This document shows, piece after piece, positions 1 to 8,107 of a DNA stretch of 32,000 bases; within the stretch, counting starts at the first letter, position 1, and the number at the start of each line of letters is the position of its first letter. A program made the position numbers and the translations under genes. Source of the stretch: Megasphaera elsdenii DSM 20460 (GTDB lineage: Bacteria; Bacillota; Negativicutes; Veillonellales; Megasphaeraceae); contig NZ_CP027570.1 in the NCBI RefSeq assembly GCF_003010495.1, positions 1,830,001 to 1,862,000 of the forward strand. Reading direction: 5' to 3'. The notes beneath the pieces are model-generated. The model was not told the origin of the DNA and made no database searches. It was given only the letters and a program-made list of their open reading frames with translations.

Positions 1-1
1 C

Positions 2-217
2 AATGCTGAAGATGGTGCTTTCGTCGGCGGCTCCACTAATGGTTGGAGATGGGGCAACCACATGGATAATATCGAATCCTGGGGTGTCGGCGCTGACTAC
101 ACCTTCGCTAAGAATGCTATGTTCCAGGTTATGCAGTCCTTCGGCACGAATACCAAAGACGGCAACGCAAAAGATCCGGAAGAACAGACTCGTGCTCAGT
201 TCGTATTCGTATTCTAA
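2..217 (+). CDS. C-terminal fragment of an OmpM-like outer-membrane beta-barrel porin (5' end outside window)
   Basis: Frame 2 is open from the window edge to TAA 215-217. It translates ...ESWGVGADYTFAKNAMFQVMQSFGTNTKDGNAKDPEEQTRAQFVFVF*, colinear with the C-terminus of ORF 1120-2217, and ends in the terminal-Phe barrel signature. The track ORF 3-311 is in the wrong frame. Confidence 0.7.
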   Translation, partial: NAEDGAFVGGSTNGWRWGNHMDNIESWGVGADYTFAKNAMFQVMQSFGTNTKDGNAKDPEEQTRAQFVFVF

Positions 218-242
218 TCCTTCCTTTTGCAGGAAGATTACA

Positions 243-277
243 AAAAGACCACTCAGAAATGGGTGGTCTTTTTTTTT
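243..277 (+). terminator. Rho-independent terminator of the upstream porin gene
   Basis: Stem AAAGACCAC / GTGGTCTTT with a 10-nt loop, followed by a run of 9 T. Confidence 0.8.
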
Positions 278-307
278 GAGAAATATTTTGCCTGAAGGAG
301 CTGAATT

Positions 308-955
308 ATGATATCTCGTGAAGTTAATTTTGCTATATTTTCCTTAGCAATTATTTTTTGGACTGTTTATGTTTTTGTGACTATTAATCATTTTTTTAGC
401 TTGATAAGAAACTTAAAAATAATATTTTTTGACATGAGAAAGTGTGTAAAAAATATTATTTATTATCAGATTAAAAATTATCCAAATGAAATTGTGGAAT
501 ATTGTGAAAGGACAATAGTAAGCCATCCTTTTCTTTGTTTAGGAATCTGCTCTTGGATTACGTTGCTTTCCGTCTATTCTTCAGCCATTTTTTTGGAATA
601 TCAATCTATTATTGCTATTGCACTAGAGATATTCTTTTTAATCTTTATTTTATGGATATGGAGAATAGCTCAAAACAAAAATGAAGGTATTTTTTTCTTT
701 ATTGTATCAGGTGTCCTCTGTATATTTTTGGATATGTGTATAAAATCCATTCTGCCGGCTTATTCAATACATATGATTTTATGGGTAATAACACTGTTTT
801 TCATTATAGCAATTGCATTGCCTAATATTAAAGATAATCATATAGATAGGTTGATGTATTTTTTTTATAAGGGAGTTGCCGCCTTTTTATTTTGGTTTGT
901 GTTTTTAGTAGTTACACCTTCTGATTTAACTATAAAAAATTATGGCAATTTATAG
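308..955 (+). CDS. Hypothetical polytopic membrane protein (215 aa, about 6 hydrophobic segments), no family recognised
   Basis: AAGGAG (295-300) lies 7 nt before the ATG. The open frame is long for a very AT-rich stretch. The protein is Phe/Ile/Leu-rich with repeated hydrophobic spans, and composition differs sharply from the flanks. Confidence 0.6.
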   Translation: MISREVNFAIFSLAIIFWTVYVFVTINHFFSLIRNLKIIFFDMRKCVKNIIYYQIKNYPNEIVEYCERTIVSHPFLCLGICSWITLLSVYSSAIFLEYQSIIAIALEIFFLIFILWIWRIAQNKNEGIFFFIVSGVLCIFLDMCIKSILPAYSIHMILWVITLFFIIAIALPNIKDNHIDRLMYFFYKGVAAFLFWFVFLVVTPSDLTIKNYGNL

Positions 956-1119
956 TAACTTTTTTTTCACATATTGAGTAAGCAAACTATAGTAATTTTG
1001 AAGAATGTTTAGTGTTTCTATACTTTCTACACATATAATGGTAAATGAAATAATATAGCCATTTGTGTATATGTTAAATTGATATAACTGATAATATATG
1101 GCTTAGATATGCGATTTAT

Positions 1120-2217
1120 TTGGTGTCTTGGAAATATGCGAATATCAGCAAACTCGCTGACGAATATTCTGACGAACTCAATAACCTCGGCGTTCGCGTA
1201 AGCGCTTTGGAAAACCGCGTCGGCAACGTAAAACTCACCGGTGATGCTCGTATCCGTTACATTCACCAGAGCGAAGGCGATAAAGATAAAGAAGGCAATC
1301 CGGTCAATGCAGCTAAGAAGAACGATGACTCCTGGTCCTACCGTGTCCGCGTCCGCGCTAATGCTCAGGTCAACGACCGTACGAAAGTAACTTACGGTAT
1401 CAGCTCGGATGACAAGACCTTCTCCGATAATTCTCAGGCTTCTGATGAAGATAATGACATCTACACGGATCTCGCTAACGTCGATTACAACTTCGGCGGC
1501 AACAACTGGGACCTCCTTGTAGGCCGTTATGAATACGACATGGGCAATGGCCACGGCTATGGCTTCCTCTATGGCGATACCTTCGACGGCGCTCAGTTGC
1601 AGTATCACAACGACAAATTTGCTGCCACCGCTGGTTATGGTAAATTTAAAGAAGACTCGATGGCTACGGATACCGATGGTGTCAAGACCGGCTACGGTGA
1701 ATTAGATGGCTTCTTCGGCGGTGGCCGTGCAGCTGGTTCGGCCGTTGGTGTTTACTACAACGATTATACTATTGCTGGTGGCAAGGATCGTACAGGTAGC
1801 TTTGGTTTTGATGATTCTTGGGGCGCTTATGCTAGTGCTAATTTCGGTAAATGGAATGCCTTGGCTAACTATGAAAAATATAACAATACGGACAGCTCTA
1901 AGGACGATCCCGAAGTATGGGTTGGCCGCCTGACCTACGGTGCTGCCAACTTCGCTACGCCGAAATCTTGGGACGCTTGGGTTGAATACCTCAATGCTGA
2001 CGATGGTTTCGCTGATAATGGCTACTTCATTGGATTCACCTATGGCTGGAGAGAAGGCAGCCTCTTGAACAATGTTAAATCTTGGGGTGCTGGTATCGAC
2101 TACACCTTCGCTAAGAATGCTCAGTTCCAGGTAATGCAGTCCTTCGCTTCCAGCGCAAAAGACGGCGATGCTGATCCGGGCGAAGAAACACGTGCTCAGT
2201 TCGTATTCGTATTCTAA
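1120..2217 (+). CDS. OmpM-like porin paralogue lacking signal peptide and SLH domain (possible 5'-truncated pseudogene)
   Basis: The frame opens only at 1078 and the only starts are TTG 1120 or GTG 1123. Translation begins inside the coiled-coil linker (LADEYSDELNNLGVRVSALENRV), then continues through Gly/Tyr/Asp-rich barrel repeats and ends ...RAQFVFVF*. GC-rich composition starts abruptly at ~1125. Confidence 0.7.
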   Translation: MVSWKYANISKLADEYSDELNNLGVRVSALENRVGNVKLTGDARIRYIHQSEGDKDKEGNPVNAAKKNDDSWSYRVRVRANAQVNDRTKVTYGISSDDKTFSDNSQASDEDNDIYTDLANVDYNFGGNNWDLLVGRYEYDMGNGHGYGFLYGDTFDGAQLQYHNDKFAATAGYGKFKEDSMATDTDGVKTGYGELDGFFGGGRAAGSAVGVYYNDYTIAGGKDRTGSFGFDDSWGAYASANFGKWNALANYEKYNNTDSSKDDPEVWVGRLTYGAANFATPKSWDAWVEYLNADDGFADNGYFIGFTYGWREGSLLNNVKSWGAGIDYTFAKNAQFQVMQSFASSAKDGDADPGEETRAQFVFVF

Positions 2218-2242
2218 TCCTTCCTTTTGCAGGAAGATTACA

Positions 2243-2275
2243 AAAAGACCACTCAGAAATGGGTGGTCTTTTTTT
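2243..2275 (+). terminator. Rho-independent terminator (second copy, identical to 243-275)
   Basis: Same AAAGACCAC/GTGGTCTTT hairpin followed by 7 T. Confidence 0.8.
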
Positions 2276-2316
2276 GCACAAAAATGGAAAAGACACAGAT
2301 AGCCGCATAAACACAT

Positions 2317-2436
2317 ACGGCCCGTGGCCGTATTCGTAGGGGCTCGCACGTGGCGAGCCCGCTAGAGAGATTTGACCACAGCCTATCCGGTTTTAATGGT
2401 ATGTTTTTACGAGCCACGAACCACGAGCTACCACGG
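2317..2436 (+). repeat. Composite intergenic repeat, unit A
   Basis: Order of parts: small hairpin ACGGCCCGTGGCCGT; GTAG-REP GTAGGGGCTCGCACGTGGCGAGCCCGC (2336-2362); GAGATTTGACCACAGCC; TTTTACGAG; then CCACGAA-type heptamers. It aligns with 2598-2720. Confidence 0.8.
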
Positions 2437-2514
2437 CTTTTTCTTCGGATTCAGATGCGGCGTTCCGCCGCGACAGATTCAGACTGACAACGACGCTTCG
2501 GGAAACCCTCAGCA

Positions 2515-2549
2515 CGTAGCGGGACGCCTTGTTCAGGACGTCCCCTACG
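2515..2549. repeat. REP-like element with GTAG on both arms
   Basis: GTAGCGGGACGCC-TTGTTCA-GGACGTCCCCTAC. This is an imperfect hairpin bracketed by GTAG and CTAC. Confidence 0.7.
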
Positions 2550-2597
2550 AGTATCGCATACAGGCGATGGAAATGAGCACAGACCGCAAAAAAATGC

Positions 2598-2720
2598 ACG
2601 GCCATCGGCCGTGTGCGTAGGGGACGCCCAGAGGGCGTCCCGCTGTGAGATTTGCCCACAGCCCATTCTGGTATAATGGCGGGCTTTTACGAGCCACGAA
2701 CCACGAACCACGAACCACTA
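2598..2720 (+). repeat. Composite intergenic repeat, unit B
   Basis: Order of parts: ACGGCCATCGGCCGT; GTAGGGGACGCCCAGAGGGCGTCCCGC (2617-2643); GAGATTTGCCCACAGCC; TGGTATAAT; TTTTACGAG; then (CCACGAA)x3 plus CCACTA (2694-2720). Both hairpins differ from unit A by paired, compensatory substitutions. Confidence 0.8.
2669..2677 (+). promoter_or_regulatory. Candidate extended -10 (TGgTATAAT) inside repeat unit B, about 300 nt upstream of hpf
   Basis: Exact TGNTATAAT match with no convincing -35. The corresponding position in unit A reads GGTTTTAAT. Confidence 0.3.
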
Positions 2721-2976
2721 TTTTTACGAGTCGAGGGTTACTCGAGGCGATGTTGTTAGTTTGAATCTGTTGCCGCAAAGCGGCATCTGAGTCCGAGACG
2801 ACCTGCGACCGGCCTGGCCGTCAGGCCCAAAATAAAAAAATTTCAAATTTTTTTGTTTTTTTAGAAGGAATTTGCATCTCCGTGTTGAATACTATACATA
2901 TAAGGGAAGAGACCACAAGGAATGAAAGCCATACATTTCTTAGACAGGATCTCCCCACGAAAGGAAGGGATGTTTT

Positions 2977-3501
2977 ATGGCAACCATCGTTAGAGGTAAA
3001 AATTTAGAAATTACACCGGCTCTGAAAGATCACGTTGAAAAACAGGAAAAGAAAGTCACGAAATACTTTGATAACGAAGTCAATGTCCAGGCCCTGCTTT
3101 CTGTAGAAAAAGATCGGAAAATCGCTGAAATCACGTTGAAAGTGGACGGCGTCGTCCTCCGCGGCGTTGAAGCCAACGATGATATGTATGCTGCTATCGA
3201 TTTAGTCTATGATAAACTGGTACGCCAGATTCATAAATATAAAACGAAAATCGCCCGCCGCATGAAGAAAGGTGCTTTCAATGATGCTCTTGTCGAAGGG
3301 CCGGCCGTTCCGGAAGAAACCTTTGAAGTCGCCCGCGTCAAGAAATTCGCCGCTCGTCCGATGGACGTGGAAGAAGCTATCTTGCAGATGAACCTCGTAG
3401 GTCACGATTTCTTCGTATTCCTCAATTCCAAGACCGACACGATCAACGTCGTCTACAAACGGAAACACGGCAAATACGGCCTCATCGAACCGGAATACTA
3501 G
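2977..3501 (+). CDS. hpf: Ribosome hibernation promoting factor, long form (174 aa)
   Basis: N-terminal sigma-54-modulation/RaiA-type domain (MATIVRGKNLEITPALKDHVEKQ...DMYAAIDLVYDKLVRQIHKYKTK) plus the C-terminal dimerisation extension (...VGHDFFVFLN...VVYKRKHGKYGLIEPE). GGAAGGGA SD upstream. Confidence 0.95.
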   Translation: MATIVRGKNLEITPALKDHVEKQEKKVTKYFDNEVNVQALLSVEKDRKIAEITLKVDGVVLRGVEANDDMYAAIDLVYDKLVRQIHKYKTKIARRMKKGAFNDALVEGPAVPEETFEVARVKKFAARPMDVEEAILQMNLVGHDFFVFLNSKTDTINVVYKRKHGKYGLIEPEY

Positions 3502-3516
3502 GGGCTGGCAGTCCGT

Positions 3517-3562
3517 GGCTCCCTTGATAGGGGAGCTGTCAGCATCGCTGACTGAGAGGTTG
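3517..3562 (+). repeat. Double-hairpin repeat family 2, copy a
   Basis: GGCTCCCTTGATAGGGGAGC-TGTCAGCATCGCTGAC-TGAGAGGTT. The reverse complement of 27551-27595 aligns along its full length. Confidence 0.75.
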
Positions 3563-3573
3563 AAAAGATGAAT

Positions 3574-3621
3574 AAAAAAGCTGTCGCATTAAGCAGAAAT
3601 ACATAATGCGGCAGCTTTTTT
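3574..3621 (+). terminator. Rho-independent terminator of hpf
   Basis: 12-bp stem GCTGTCGCATTA / TAATGCGGCAGC with one G-U pair, flanked by an A-run and followed by 6 T. Confidence 0.85.
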
Positions 3622-3812
3622 GCGTATTAAGTTTGCAGAAGGGACCTCGCATGATGGTAGAAGCCTTCGTGCGACAGCCCCTTTTCCCAATGTGATGTCC
3701 CTACGGCACCAGTTTATGGAATTCCCGCAACGGGCCGTCCAGCTACAGCTGTCCGTTTTGGCAGCCGTCCTGTGCCTTCCGCTAGTCGGCACCTGACGGA
3801 CCAAAAAGGCTT

Positions 3813-3874
3813 GGGACGGCCCCTACGATGGCCTGCGGCCTGCGCGGCGGGCCGCCCTTTGGGCGTCCCCTACG
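3813..3874 (-). repeat. Two REP-like elements (one complete, one half) abutting the putP stop codon
   Basis: The minus strand reads CGTAGGGGACGCCCAAAGGGCGGCCCGCC (3846-3874) and CGTAGGGGCCGTCCC (3813-3827, left arm only). Confidence 0.75.
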
Positions 3875-5381
3875 TATCCTCATTATGGAGGACGCTGATT
3901 TTAGGCGTGTGGTGGATGGCTTGTTCAAATTCGTCCTGGATTTCCTGGCTCGGTTCGCCGTCGAGTTTGCTGACGATGTAGATGGCGATGAGCGAGAAGA
4001 GGAAGCCCGGTACGATTTCGTAGAGGCCGAACCAGGCGAATTGTTTCCAAATGAGGACGGTCAGGCCGCCGACGATGATGCCGGCCAGGGCGCCATTCTT
4101 GGTCATGCGTTTCCAGTACAAGGACAGGAGGATGGTCGGGCCGAAGGCGGCACCGAAGCCGGCCCAGGCGTAGGATACCATGGTCAGGATGTAGCTGTTC
4201 GGGTTGAGGGCCAGGACGATGGCGCAGGCGGCGACGACGAGGACGGTCAGGCGGCTGACGTATATGAGTTCTTTTTCACTGGCATTCTTGCGGATGAAGG
4301 TGTGATAAAAATCCTTGGAGATAGCCGATGCCGTGACCAGGAGCTGCGATGAGGCGGTACTCATGATGGCGGCCAGGACGGCGGACAAGATGAGGCCCGA
4401 TGCGAACGGCGGGAAGAGCTGGCGGCTCATGACCAGGAAGACTTTTTCCGAGTCCGCGCCGGCTAAGGGCGTCGGGACGACGACTTTGCCGACCAGGCCG
4501 ACCAGGACGGCAGCGGCCAGGGAGATGACGACCCAGGTCATGGCGATGTGTTTCGATTTCTTCAGTTCCGTCGGGTCACCGATGGCCATGAAGCGGACCA
4601 GGATATGAGGCTGGCCGAAATAGCCGACGCCCCAGGCCAGGGCGGAAATGATGCCGATGATGCCTGTCGTCGTCGTGTCCGGTGCCATTTCCAGGAGGTT
4701 CGGTGCCGTCGCAGCTAATCGGGTCATGACGGCGTCGCAGCCGCCGAAGGCGATCATGCCGACGACGGGGACCAGGACGATGGCCAGGAACATCATGCAG
4801 CCCTGGATGAAGTCGGTCCAGCAGACGGCCATGAAGCCGCCCAGGAAGGTGTAGATGACGACGACGCCGGCGCTGAGCAGGAGGGCCGAGAAGTAGTCCA
4901 TGCCGAAGACCGATTCAAAGAGTTTGCCGCCGGAGACGAAACCGGACGACGTGTATATAAGGAAGAATATGAGGATAAAGATGGCAGAGATGATGCGGAT
5001 GATATTTTTGTCATCGTGGAAGCGGTTTTTCAAGTAGTCCGGCATGGTCAGGCTATTGTTAGCAACTTCCGTATAGTTGCGCAGGCGCTGGGAGACGAAC
5101 TGCCAGTTGAGGTACGTGCCGATGGCGATGCCAATGGCAATCCAGGCAGCCGAGATGCCTGTCGAATAAGCGAAACCCGGGACGCCCATGAGCATCCAGC
5201 CGCTCATGTCTGACGCTTCGGCGCTCATGGAAGTGATCCAAGGCCCCAGGCTGCGTCCGCCGAGGATATAGTCGCTCAGCCGTTGCTGGGACCGGGAATA
5301 ATAGACGCCGATTGCCAGCATGACCAGAAGGTACAAGGCAAAGGCCGTCAATATGGAAACATCATATTGCATCATAATCAT
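3870..5381 (-). CDS. putP: Sodium:proline symporter (SSS family)
   Basis: 503 aa and about 13 TM. The N-terminal stretch YILGGRSLGPWITSMSAEASDMSGWMLMGVPG is typical of PutP/SSS. GAAAGGGG SD. The true start may be the 3rd or 4th Met. Confidence 0.9.
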   Translation of the reverse strand: MIMMQYDVSILTAFALYLLVMLAIGVYYSRSQQRLSDYILGGRSLGPWITSMSAEASDMSGWMLMGVPGFAYSTGISAAWIAIGIAIGTYLNWQFVSQRLRNYTEVANNSLTMPDYLKNRFHDDKNIIRIISAIFILIFFLIYTSSGFVSGGKLFESVFGMDYFSALLLSAGVVVIYTFLGGFMAVCWTDFIQGCMMFLAIVLVPVVGMIAFGGCDAVMTRLAATAPNLLEMAPDTTTTGIIGIISALAWGVGYFGQPHILVRFMAIGDPTELKKSKHIAMTWVVISLAAAVLVGLVGKVVVPTPLAGADSEKVFLVMSRQLFPPFASGLILSAVLAAIMSTASSQLLVTASAISKDFYHTFIRKNASEKELIYVSRLTVLVVAACAIVLALNPNSYILTMVSYAWAGFGAAFGPTILLSLYWKRMTKNGALAGIIVGGLTVLIWKQFAWFGLYEIVPGFLFSLIAIYIVSKLDGEPSQEIQDEFEQAIHHTPKISVLHNEDT

Positions 5382-5416
5382 AAAACCCCTTTCACGCGGT
5401 ATATAAATAATAAAAC

Positions 5417-5425
5417 TATTTTAGC
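5417..5425 (-). promoter_or_regulatory. Candidate extended -10 (TGcTAAAAT) for putP
   Basis: The minus strand reads TGCTAAAAT about 40 nt upstream of the putP start. The -35 is weak. Confidence 0.35.
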
Positions 5426-5458
5426 ATATTCATGCGTTGTTGTATATGGGAAATAGGT

Positions 5459-5488
5459 ATTGCATTGTGAGTCGTAGTCGGGGTATAA
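5459..5488 (+). promoter_or_regulatory. Candidate sigma-70-type promoter for secA
   Basis: TTGCAT (5459-5464), 18-nt spacer, TATAAT (5483-5488). Two further TATAAT hexamers follow. Confidence 0.55.
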
Positions 5489-5551
5489 TGTATAATTGAT
5501 ATAATATCACAGAGTAGATTGCAAATTGTGTAAATTGGAGGTCTCGGATAG

Positions 5552-8017
5552 GTGTTTAATAAACTGATACAAAGACTGCTCGGGAATAATACCGAGCATG
5601 AATTAAAGAAGATGTGGCCTATTGTCCGCCGCATCAACGACCTGGAACCGAAATTGGCAGGCCTGAGCGATGCATCGCTGCAGGAAAAGACCTTCGAGTT
5701 CAAGAATCGCCTGGCCAACGGAGAAACGTTGGACGACATTCTGCCCGAAGCTTTTGCCGTCGTCCGTGAAGCGTCGCGCCGTGTGACGGGCATGCGCCAT
5801 TTCGACGTCCAGCTCCTGGGGGGCATCGTTCTCCACCGCGGGGATATCGCCGAAATGCGTACTGGTGAAGGGAAGACCCTGGTTGCGACTTTGCCGGTAT
5901 ACCTCAATGCCCTGACGGGCAAGGGCGTCCACGTCGTCACGGTCAACGACTACCTGGCTACCCGCGACAGCGAAGATATGGGCCGCATCTATAAGTTCCT
6001 CGGCCTGTCTGTCGGCCTCATCGTCCACGACCTCACGTATGACCAGCGCCGCCGGGCGTACAACGCTGACGTCACGTATGGGACGAACAACGAATTTGGG
6101 TTCGACTACCTGCGCGACAACATGGTCATCAGTGAAGACCAGATGGTACAGCGGCCGCTCAACTACTGTATCGTCGACGAAGTGGACTCGATCCTCATCG
6201 ACGAAGCGCGGACGCCGCTCATCATTTCCGGCCCTGGTGAAAAATCGACGGACCTCTATTATACGCTGGCAGGCATCGTCAAGACCTTCACCAAGGACGA
6301 CTACACGATGGACGAAAAGCAGAAGACCATTGCGCCGACCGATTCGGGCGTTGCCAAAGTCGAAAAGATGCTGGGCATCAGCAACATGTTCGATAACGAA
6401 CACCTCGACTTGAACCACCTGGTCATCCAGGCTCTGCGGGCGCGCTTCATGATGCACCGCGACAAGGATTACGTCGTCAAGAACGGTGAAATCGTCATCG
6501 TCGACGAATTTACCGGGCGCCTCATGTTCGGCCGCCGTTACAGCGATGGTCTCCATCAGTCCATTGAAGCCAAGGAAAACGTCAAGGTCCAGGGCGAAAG
6601 CAAGACCTTGGCTACGATTACCTTCCAGAACTACTTCCGTATGTACGAGAAACTGGCCGGCATGACTGGTACGGCTAAGACGGAAGAAGACGAATTTAAC
6701 AAGATCTACAAGCTCGACGTCTACGTCATCCCGACCAATAAGCCGGCTATCCGTAAGGATTTGCCGGACGTCATCTACAAGACGAAGAACGCCAAGTACC
6801 GCGCCGTCGTCCGGGAAGTCAAGAAGCGCCACGCTACGGGCCAGCCGATCCTGGTCGGTACGACGTCCATCAACCAGTCGGAAATCCTCAGCCAGCTCCT
6901 GGATAAGGAAAACATCGTCCACAACGTGCTCAACGCCAAATACCATGAAAAAGAAGCGGAAATCATCAAGAACGCCGGTCAGAAGGGCATGGTCACCATT
7001 GCCACCAACATGGCTGGCCGCGGCACGGATATCAAGCTCGGGCCGGGCGTCGCCGAACTGGGCGGCCTGATGATCATCGGTACGGAACGCCATGAAAGCC
7101 GCCGTATCGACAACCAGCTGCGCGGCCGTGCCGGCCGTCAGGGCGACCCCGGTACGACGCAGTTCTTCCTGTCCCTGGAAGACGACCTCATGCGTATCTT
7201 CGGCTCGGACAATATTTCCAAGTTCATGGATAAGCTGGGCATGGATGAAGACGAACCGATTACGGCCAAGATGATCACCCGGTCCATTGAAAAGGCCCAG
7301 AAGAAAGTCGAAAGCCACAACTTTGAAATCCGTAAGTACGTCCTGGAATATGACGATGTCATGAACCAGCAGCGTGAAGTCCTCTACGGCCAGCGCCGCC
7401 AGGTCCTGACAGCCGATTCCCTGCGCGATACCATCATGGGCATGGTCGACGATATCATCCACGATGGCCTGGATAAATACGCTGACGAAAAGCTCTATCC
7501 GGAAGAATGGGATTTCGCCGGCCTCCTGGCTCAGATGCAGCAGTACTTCGTGCCTAAGAACGCGACGACTGTAGAAGAACTGGAAAACCTGAGCCGTGTG
7601 GAAGTCCAGGATAAATTGAAGCAGATCGCCGTCGACCTCTACGACGAACGCCTCAAGGAAATCGGCGAAACGACTATGAAGGAACTGGAAAAGGCCATCA
7701 TGCTCCGCGTCGTCGACAGCAAGTGGATGGACCACCTCGACGCCATGGACGCCCTCAAAGAAGGCATCAACCTGCGTGCGTATGGCCAGAAGAACCCGCT
7801 CGTCGAATACAAATTCGAAGCCTATGAAATGTTCGAAGAAATGATCGACTCCATCAAGCGGACTGTCGTCACCTTCCTCTACCATATCCAGGTCACGTAC
7901 AGCAAGCCCGTACCGCAGGCAGAAGATCATCTCCAGGGCGCTCATGAAGTCCATGAAGAAAGCAAACCCGTCAGCGCCGAAGACATCAAGCGCGATGAAG
8001 AGAGAGAAAAGCAGTAA
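5552..8017 (+). CDS. secA: Preprotein translocase ATPase SecA (821 aa)
   Basis: GTG start 10 nt after GGAGG. Diagnostic blocks are present: [58 protein letters not shown]. Confidence 0.97.
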   Translation: MFNKLIQRLLGNNTEHELKKMWPIVRRINDLEPKLAGLSDASLQEKTFEFKNRLANGETLDDILPEAFAVVREASRRVTGMRHFDVQLLGGIVLHRGDIAEMRTGEGKTLVATLPVYLNALTGKGVHVVTVNDYLATRDSEDMGRIYKFLGLSVGLIVHDLTYDQRRRAYNADVTYGTNNEFGFDYLRDNMVISEDQMVQRPLNYCIVDEVDSILIDEARTPLIISGPGEKSTDLYYTLAGIVKTFTKDDYTMDEKQKTIAPTDSGVAKVEKMLGISNMFDNEHLDLNHLVIQALRARFMMHRDKDYVVKNGEIVIVDEFTGRLMFGRRYSDGLHQSIEAKENVKVQGESKTLATITFQNYFRMYEKLAGMTGTAKTEEDEFNKIYKLDVYVIPTNKPAIRKDLPDVIYKTKNAKYRAVVREVKKRHATGQPILVGTTSINQSEILSQLLDKENIVHNVLNAKYHEKEAEIIKNAGQKGMVTIATNMAGRGTDIKLGPGVAELGGLMIIGTERHESRRIDNQLRGRAGRQGDPGTTQFFLSLEDDLMRIFGSDNISKFMDKLGMDEDEPITAKMITRSIEKAQKKVESHNFEIRKYVLEYDDVMNQQREVLYGQRRQVLTADSLRDTIMGMVDDIIHDGLDKYADEKLYPEEWDFAGLLAQMQQYFVPKNATTVEELENLSRVEVQDKLKQIAVDLYDERLKEIGETTMKELEKAIMLRVVDSKWMDHLDAMDALKEGINLRAYGQKNPLVEYKFEAYEMFEEMIDSIKRTVVTFLYHIQVTYSKPVPQAEDHLQGAHEVHEESKPVSAEDIKRDEEREKQ

Positions 8018-8024
8018 AAGGCAG

Positions 8025-8060
8025 CCGTAGGGGCGCCCATGTGGGGCGCCCGCGCGAATC
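8025..8060 (+). repeat. REP-like element immediately after secA
   Basis: CGTAGGGGCGCCC-ATGTG-GGGCGCCCGC-GCGAATCC. Confidence 0.8.
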
Positions 8061-8107
8061 CTGTGCATAACCTATTACATTTATTTTTTAGAAGAGTGGT
8101 GATACTT

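Noticed and set aside
3-311. 102-aa track ORF crossing the porin terminator.
   Set aside because: It is in the wrong frame. Frame 2 gives a clean porin C-terminus ending at 217, and this ORF reads through a rho-independent terminator into the RBS of the next gene.
2372-2778. Four overlapping 77-88-aa ORFs on both strands in the hpf-upstream region.
   Set aside because: They run through REP hairpins and heptamer repeats, have no RBS, and give Arg/Pro/Gly-rich nonsense translations. The region is better explained as repeats or non-coding RNA.
2871-2899. A proximal hpf promoter, TTGCAT-N17-TACATA.
   Set aside because: The -10 is poor because it lacks the invariant final T, and alternative registers are no better. 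hpf is often driven by alternative sigma factors, so I do not call a promoter here.
5603-8068. 821-aa ORF on the minus strand exactly mirroring secA. Similar long antisense ORFs occur at 9896-12001, 13734-14852, 8214-9116, 17493-18440, 20467-21294 and 22742-23449.
   Set aside because: These are shadow ORFs typical of GC-rich coding DNA. Their translations are low-complexity (Asp/Val/Gly/Arg-rich) with no recognisable motifs, while the sense strands encode unmistakable conserved proteins.
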